Assembly (NCBI GenBank): GCA_965645245.1
Contig: OZ287072.1
Location: forward strand, 186,001-250,000
Direction of reading: 5' to 3'
Length of the DNA stretch: 64,000 bases
From: Massalongia carnosa
Lineage: Eukaryota
The notes under the pieces: generated by a model
What the model was told of the DNA's origin: nothing
The model's database searches: none
Seen by the model: the letters and a program-made list of their open reading frames with translations, nothing else
Shown: in pieces, positions 56,701 through 64,000 of the stretch
Position numbering within the stretch: the stretch's first letter is position 1
How the letters are laid out: each line of letters starts with the position of its first letter
Made by a program: the position numbers and the translations under genes

Positions 56701-58883
56701 CTACCTCAATATACCAGCAAATTCCGCCATTCTGTCCGAAGAACTCCATGATATACCAACAGTTCAAGCAACACGCCTCACTTCCGCATCCGCTAGCTGT
56801 TGAGGGAGTATCAAAAACCACGTGGGATGATAGCCTAGCTAGACTATCTCTTGGACCCGGGTCTCAGACTCTCACCATTATTTGTTCCGGAGACCACTTT
56901 GCAGTTCTTACAGCTACTGGACTGATCGTTTTATACAACTCCACAACCTTCGAAATCAAGCAAACTCTTGTGCACGCGGAACGGGTTTGTGCTATGAGCT
57001 TCAGCACTTGTTCCAATCTGCTCGTAACGTACGGCTTTCATACAACGAAGGTATGGTCGGTACTTACAGGGCAAATTATGTACCAGATTCCCAATCCTTC
57101 AAGCAGAGCTTTCACCATAACATTCTCTGCTGGGAACACCGAGCTGGTAATTGGTTCGAACGATCGCCTTATTAGAGTTGTGCGATTGGCAGCTGCAAAT
57201 CCAGTTTGGTCCATTTCGCACCAGGCACTTTTGAAAGACGACACAGCTTTGGACAGACCTGTGCAAAATGTGCCATGGCGTATAGCTTTCAACTCCGAGG
57301 CGAGCTGCGTGGCTGTAGCCTATCGTAGTTCTCCATTGTGTGTCTGGGCCATGGATCCCCCGGAACTCATTGGGCGATGTATGCGCAATCAAGAATATGC
57401 AGGCAATTCTTGGACTGTTGTCGACCAGGTCATCTGGCATCCAAAATCCGAGGAAGTTCTCGGATTATATATGGGAGGCCATGTCTTTCGATGGAATCCA
57501 TATGACAACACCCAGCAGGAATTGCAAGCGGAGGCTTCCATCCTTGCATCCAGTCCCGAGGGAAGGTTTTTCGTGATAGGGGACAGTAATGGCACCATCA
57601 AGCTCTATAACTTCCACCACTTCACTTTGATTTACCAGCTATCTTGCGAGAATATGATCAATGATATTTGCTTTAGCCCCGATAGCAAACGCTTATATGA
57701 TCTACGAGGACAGTTCTGTAATATTTGGGAACCAAATGCCTTAATTCGAGTAGATGAGACTAGTGAACAAGATAGCGAGGTCGCAAGTGAAGTATCCAGT
57801 ATTCCAACAGCGGCGGTCTCGGAAGCGTTTGCGGAAGTACGGGATCAGATAACAGCAATTGCCATTCAATTTCGAGGACGGTATCAGGCGATTGGAAACG
57901 AAGCTGGAGTTGTGAGCGTGGTAGACTCCTTAGAAGGCGATCATGTTGCAGTTCAACTCTGGAGATCACCGGTTATGTTATCAATCGGACATCTCCATTG
58001 GTCCTGTGATGGGAATTATCTGGCCTGTGCCGAGTTGACAGGAAAAGTCATCGTCAAAAAGGTGCAGCTAGAAAACGCCGTTGGCTGGACCGTAGCACCA
58101 GTCTTTGACGTTAAGCTTAAGGTGAGCTCCGAGGGCATTCAGCAAGTCTTGCTGAATAGCAATGGGAAATTATTGTTGGTAAAAAATGGACCTTCAGTGA
58201 CCGTCTGGCCAGTGAGGGTGTCATCCAGCTCTGAAACTCACGGTAAATCAATCATGTCACCTGATACGAAGTGGATCAAACACCCTACAGACTCGACGCT
58301 TCTGTTAGCTTTCAGCCCTTCTCTCGTACGAGTATATCTTTGGGACGATTTATCAGAGATTGCAGCCTTCAGCATGGATGGACCGCCTCTCTCCTCGAGT
58401 CCAGACGCAAATGAAACGAGCAATCTAGCCGATAAGCCTTCAAGAGCAGCCAAAATTAGCAGTATCTTCACCAACCCTTCAGGGTCTCATTTTCTCATGC
58501 ACAGCGTTCTTCCGCCTAATGAAGGCCAAACACATCTCACAACTTTGTTCGAAACCTCCAGCATAACACCATCCTCTGCCTCACTACCTCCTTCCACTCC
58601 TACACCCACCCCCATCCCTCGAGAAATCCAATATCAAATTGAGACTCCTCTTGGTATCCTCCCCAAACAACGGCTAATATTTCTTGACAAAGACTACTGG
58701 ATGTGTTCCTGGCGTCTAGGTGCCAACCTCATAACCGAGAAAATACAGAGATATTATTTCCTTCCAAAGGATTGGCTGAATGTTGAGTGTTTAGAGTTGT
58801 GTGCGTTACTTGCTGATGGAAGGTTTTTGATTCCAAATAATGGGGAGCTGGCTGTTATTAAGAGTAGGGGGATAAGTCATTAG
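53738..58883 (+). CDS. Alpha/beta-hydrolase - NACHT - WD40 protein (fungal NLR-like); start uncertain
   Basis: DIIFVHGLGG, IVHSMGGLVVKQ, FLATPHRGS, ADHHTVCKF; TPGTCKW, ALPASGKS, VIDALDE; WD40-like repeats; several introns 5' of the 1205-codon frame. Confidence 0.88.
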
Positions 58884-59694
58884 TGATTACTGTCTTATTG
58901 CTTTCAGACTTTACCGCACAATGCGCCTAAGGATAACGAAATTTGAAGTGAGAGACAGGAACCGGGTATTAGTGGGGACTTTCGAAAGAAGCGGTGTATT
59001 CAGGGCAGCTTGGATAGCAATCGAATCTTAACACCGAGACTGCTTGTTCGAATATGCGCAAACTGATCATTGTGCGGAATGCTATTTGATTCTTGTCCTG
59101 AGTAGGGACAAATTAGATGGCCCAGCTGCTCTCGAGAAGCTTGTGGGTTTGATGGATAATACAAGGTCGTCGCACAAGGGAGAGATGGAATAAAAATGAT
59201 GCTTTCCGCAAACGTACCAGTTTTGGTTAGCCTAGGAAGGGGTGCCCATCCACCAGCAAGAGGGGTTGTACAAATCAATACACCAGCGGCACGAGGGGCA
59301 GAATAATAGGGTGAAATGCACGGGATATCACAAACTGGTTCACCCCCAGTATAAATGCAAGGGTGCATGCATACTCTGCATGTGGAGGGCGGCCAGGATC
59401 ATTTCATCCAATGTTGACTTCATACCGAGATTGCTACCGTCTGTTATCAAATCACATATACCTAGTGTGATCCGATAAATGGAAGGAAGTTCCATTTGAA
59501 CCAGTCGTTGCAGCTGAAAACTTTTATTTCGGCCCCAGTTGCCCAAGGCCTTGTATGTGGGAAGAGGAGGATACGCAGGCCTCTCGAGCTACTAGCCGAG
59601 TGACATAGGAACACTATGTCTCGCTGTTAAATCCTGCGTAAGTAGTTAAAAGCCTAGATGTTCTCTCCAACAGTTATGACTAACATTGACTAAC

Positions 59695-60983
59695 ATGATG
59701 GAGGTGTGGGCTCCTCCAACTTTTTCGGCGGGTAAAGTTCCTCAAGTAACACCAGGCACAAGTGGTTCTCAAAAGATCCATGGGGACTTTCCATTAGACC
59801 AGTTCGTGATCGACCGTAAGTAACAGCGAACTCTTAAAGAAGCCCATATCTCAATGGGTTTTCAGAGCTTCCTCCGGGTACGCAAATCCATTCCTGCGAT
59901 CGATATGGAGCGTCTGCCTGGACAGTGACAGCCAGAATTACAACATCCTCTCAAGATGGCGAACGGAAGTTCTATTTCCTCAAGGTATCAGACCATCACA
60001 AAAATATCAGCATACGGCTGACTAGCTTGCAGTGTGCAGAAGACTCTCAAGGGAAAGCCATGTTAGAGGGGGAGTTCAATTCCATGTGTGAGCTATACAA
60101 AACAGCGCCAACATTTATTCCTAAGCCTTACACGTGGGGGAAGCTCAACGTTACCAGCCCAGACACCTACTACTTTCTGTGTGACTTCATCGAGATGACG
60201 AACCAAAACCCAGATCCAGTGCAGCTATGCACCAAGCTTGTCCAAATGCACCAAGCGAGCGAATCTCCTACCGGCAAATTTGGGTTCCATATCAATACTT
60301 GTCAGGGAAATCTCCCTCAACAGACGGCATGGAATCCAAGTTGGGTGGACTTTTATATTCAGCTGGTCAATGGTGCGATGCAACTGAACCGGGAGAGAAA
60401 TGGCACGTGGAAGAACTTGGAGCAAGTCGTCGACCGGCTAATTACTCACGTCGTCCCAAAAGTTCTCGGGCCATTGGAAGCAGAAGGACGGGTCGTGAAG
60501 CCCACGTTAATTCACGGTGACCTCTGGGACGGTAATATCGGGATCGACTTTGAAAGTGGAGAAGTCTATGTCTTTGATGCGAGCGCCTACTATGCACATA
60601 ATGAGATGGAGATCGCAATGTGGCGCGGAAAGTTCAACAAAATCGTCAGTTCGAAGGTTTACCTGAATTCCTATCTCAGCAGGATGGGTATCAGCGAGCC
60701 GGCAGAGCAGTTCGACGATCGCAACAGGATCTATAGTTGCTACATGACTCTTCACGAATCCGCTTGTCATAATGGCTCGGTCTTCCGAGAAGAGTAAGTG
60801 TCCCTTCGTGGCTTTGTTTTCAAAGATTAGAGAATGACAAATTGACGTATTCACAGGTGCTATGAGAACATGAATTACCTAATCGGTAAATATGCGCCAT
60901 TTCCGGAGGGAGAGTCTGGATTGCCTGACAAGCGTCGTGACACATCAGAGAGTGTTTCGGTTTCGCAGACAGGGCCTGTATAA
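59695..60983 (+). CDS. Fructosamine-3-kinase family protein
   Basis: FYFLK, MLEGEF, GKFGF, PTLIHGDLWDGN, FDASAYYAHNE; GT-AG introns. Confidence 0.88.
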
Positions 60984-61573
60984 CGTAGTTGTGATGGTGA
61001 GATAATCTTGCAGAAAAGATCAGGGCTGAAGAACGGCGGAAGAAGGTTGGACATGACGCAGGAGCGTATACAGGATCGCCTCCCGTCTTGGACATTGCTT
61101 AGGGTTAGTTACATAACTTACATACTCCTCGCAACTTGAATTAAATCTCTTGACCTTCTCTCTGCAAAGCGTTCTTATGGATGACAACCAGCTATCCAAT
61201 GATGATTGATACCGACTGCATTGATCAGGTTCCTTACTAAGACGAGGGGAAACCCTTCGAACAGGCAGTGCCGGAGAATTCCTGAGTGCGGAAGGACGAC
61301 GTCGAGTGCTCAACCGTTGCCTTGAAATCGGTAGGTTCCTCGAGCGTGCGATTTCAAATCACTTTACCGAGCGGCCATGTACCACCAGCATATAAGTACC
61401 CCCCCCTCCTCCCCACAGTGCCTTGTTTCTTATCTACTCCCACATAGTTGTGGCTCTCGTTGGTGGCCGTTAAACGCTTAATTTTCTGCCTTTCTCCCTG
61501 TAGACCACCCTCAACATTTTTCCTGTACACTTTTTGACTCTTAGAGTAACTCGAACTGACGCCGATTACAAAC

Positions 61574-63572
61574 ATGACCACCGTCTCCGAAGAAGCCTCA
61601 CAGGACGAATCGGCCCTGAAAGAAACCCCCCCCCCCTCGTCTCCCACGACACCGCCACTCTACTCGCACTTCACCAAATCGCAAAAACGCCTCATAGTTT
61701 TCCTCATTACCTTCGCCGCCACCTTCTCTCCCATGTCATCCTTCATCTTCTTTCCTGCCATAAACGCCCTGTCCGCATCCCTCCACGTCTCGGTCGAAAA
61801 AGTAAATCTTACCATCACCTCTTATATGATAGTGGCTGGCATTGCACCAGCCGTCATAGGCGATATGGCTGATATGACTGGACGACGAACAGTGTATTTG
61901 TTGACTATGGGCATTTATTGTATGGCGAACGTGGGACTGGCGCTGCAGAGTAGTTGGACGGCGTTGTTTGTTTTGAGAATGTTGCAAAGTGCTGGGGGTG
62001 CTGGTGCATGATTCTCTTTTCTTTTCCGAAAGGTCTATGGACGGGATATAGTGCTGATTTGCGTGTAAGCTACTATTGCCATTGGGTATGGCGTGGTGTC
62101 TGATATTGCTTCGCCGTCAGAGCGCGGTGGATATGTTGGTGCGGTGCTCCTGGGGTAAACAATCTTTCTCACTTCAACCCAGCCAACCCTTCCTTCCGCG
62201 TATTTTAACTCTCTCCATTTCTCCTTCTCCATTTTGATCCCCAATTCCCCATCCTAAATTCCCCCAAATTTCATGAGAAAATCTAATGCTTACGAACTCG
62301 CACAAGTCCCAACTTCGCAACAGCAATCGGCCCGGTCCTCGGCGGAGCCCTTGCCCAAAACCCTGGCTGGCGCTGGATCTTCTGGATCCTCGCCATCTCC
62401 TCAGGCATCTGCCTCCTCCTCATCTCTTTCTTCCTCCCCGAGACATCCCGATTCATAGTCGGCAATGGCTCTCGAAAAGTCTCAGGTCTTCATCGCACAC
62501 TCTTTTCCTATTTCCATCCTTCGAAACCTCTCCACGCACGTAGCGGCTTTGTTGGTTCAGCAAACGGAATATCAGAGGAACAAGATGAAGCTACTCCCAA
62601 GTCATTCCGGATCCCTAACCCATTAGCGAGTTTGAAAATGCTCTGGGCCAAAGACACCGCGCTAATAACACTGATATATGGTATTTACTATATGAATTTT
62701 AGCTGTCTACAAGCTTCCATTTCAATACTTTTTATTAATCTTTACGCACTCTCGGAACTCAAGGCGGGACTAATTTACTTGCCGTTTGGAATTGGCTCCT
62801 GTATTGGGGCGTATTGCTCTGGTCATTTCCCCTTTCCTCCTCCTCCTCCTCCTCCTCCTCCTCCTCCTCCTTCTTTATCAGCATTGTTTGTATTGGTTTG
62901 ACTTGGAAAATTGATAGGTTAAAGTTGACAAATTTGTCCTAAACAGGAAAAATAATGAACCGCGACTACCGCCTCACAGCCCGTGACCACAACATAGTAA
63001 TCAACGCTATAAGCGGCGACGACCTAACCGATTTCCCGATTGAGAAAGCAAGATTTAGAAGCATCTGGTATTCAATTAGTGTTAGTGGGGCTTGTACGAC
63101 TGGGTATGGGTGGGCGTTGCATTCGAGGACGGTAAGCGTACGATAGTACAAATCGGCATGATCTACTTATAGACAATACGAACAGCATATAGCCGTTCCT
63201 CTCATCTTACAGTTCGTCACGGGATTTTCGATAGCTATAACTTTCAACGTAGGCGTTCCATCCCTTTACCTCCTCCCCCCCTACCCCGCCTCACGCCCTA
63301 ACTATGACTTAACGCAGCTCTGCGGTACACTCCTTGTAGACCTGCACCCCAAGTCCCCCGCTGCAGCTCAAGCCGCCAACAACATCGTACGTTGTTCCCT
63401 CGCAGGTGGCGGTCTCGCTCTCCTGCAGGTATTCCTAGACGCCCTGGGCACAGGGCGAACGTTTACGCTGTTTGGAGGCGTGTGTACGGGGTGTCTGGGC
63501 TTGGCGGGGCTGGAGTGGAGGTATGGGAAGAGTTGGAGGGGAAGGATGAGGGATAGGGGCGTTGAGCGATGA
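61574..63572 (+). CDS. MFS transporter, DHA1-like drug:H+ antiporter family
   Basis: GDMADMTGRRTVY (motif A), LRMLQSAG, ERG, GPVLGG, WRWIFW, LPET, PIEKAR; multiple introns. Confidence 0.9.
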
Positions 63573-64000
63573 GTTGATCGGGAGTTGGTGAGCGGTGTGT
63601 AGATGACAGTATTATGATGTGAAGACCGAATCAAATCTTTCACTTGGGTGAAATCTGAAATAATAAGAATTGTTATCCAGAGTCCGAACAATCCGACGTG
63701 ATCTAAAGGTAGGCTTTATCAATTAAGACTTCTTGTATTAGAAGAATATTCCAAAAATTTGATCACAATTTTGTAAAAGAAGATAGAGTTCTTCCTCATC
63801 GCTGAGAATTTGCTCTTATCTTGCTGTCAAATTGTCTGACTCGCTTCATCGCTCTGAATTTATAACGCGCAGCCCCAAATCCCGCCCAACTCTTCGCTGC
63901 AGTAATCCCAACAACATATCGTCCAGTTAACCACATCCCGATGCAACCCGTCTATCACAACGTGTATATAACTACGAAAACCCCCTATCACTCACTACCT

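Noticed and set aside
62836..62871. Polyproline tract in the MFS protein
   Set aside because: (CCT)n lies in an intron (GT at 62822); ORF-track artefact.

Overview
Fungal (filamentous ascomycete-type) genomic DNA. Positions ~1-53,300 are a deeply nested transposon cluster; ~53,700-63,600 hold three ordinary intron-containing genes (an alpha/beta-hydrolase-NACHT-WD40 NLR-like gene, a fructosamine-kinase-family gene and an MFS transporter). The basal layer is an intron-rich tyrosine recombinase (YR) pseudogene with a convergent Cys-rich partner gene. The YR gene is split by a solo LTR and by a 23.3-kb Plavaka (CACTA/CMC-like) element with 17-bp TIRs and a 2-bp TSD sitting in one of its introns. 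That element carries a SNF2-like gene and an unknown gene, and hosts two Ngaro YR-retrotransposons, a Tc1 element, a MULE derivative and a solo LTR. Further right are a Harbinger with a nested MULE, a second copy of Ngaro family B, a Helitron with a nested chromoviral Gypsy and solo LTR, an intact Hop-like MULE, a truncated Gypsy and a LINE 3' end. The most notable inference is that two divergent Ngaro families share signals for the same expression scheme: Gag-RT by stop-codon readthrough, and a Gag'-YR fusion by removal of a ~2.3-kb phase-1 intron. All calls are from manual reading; no database searches were run.
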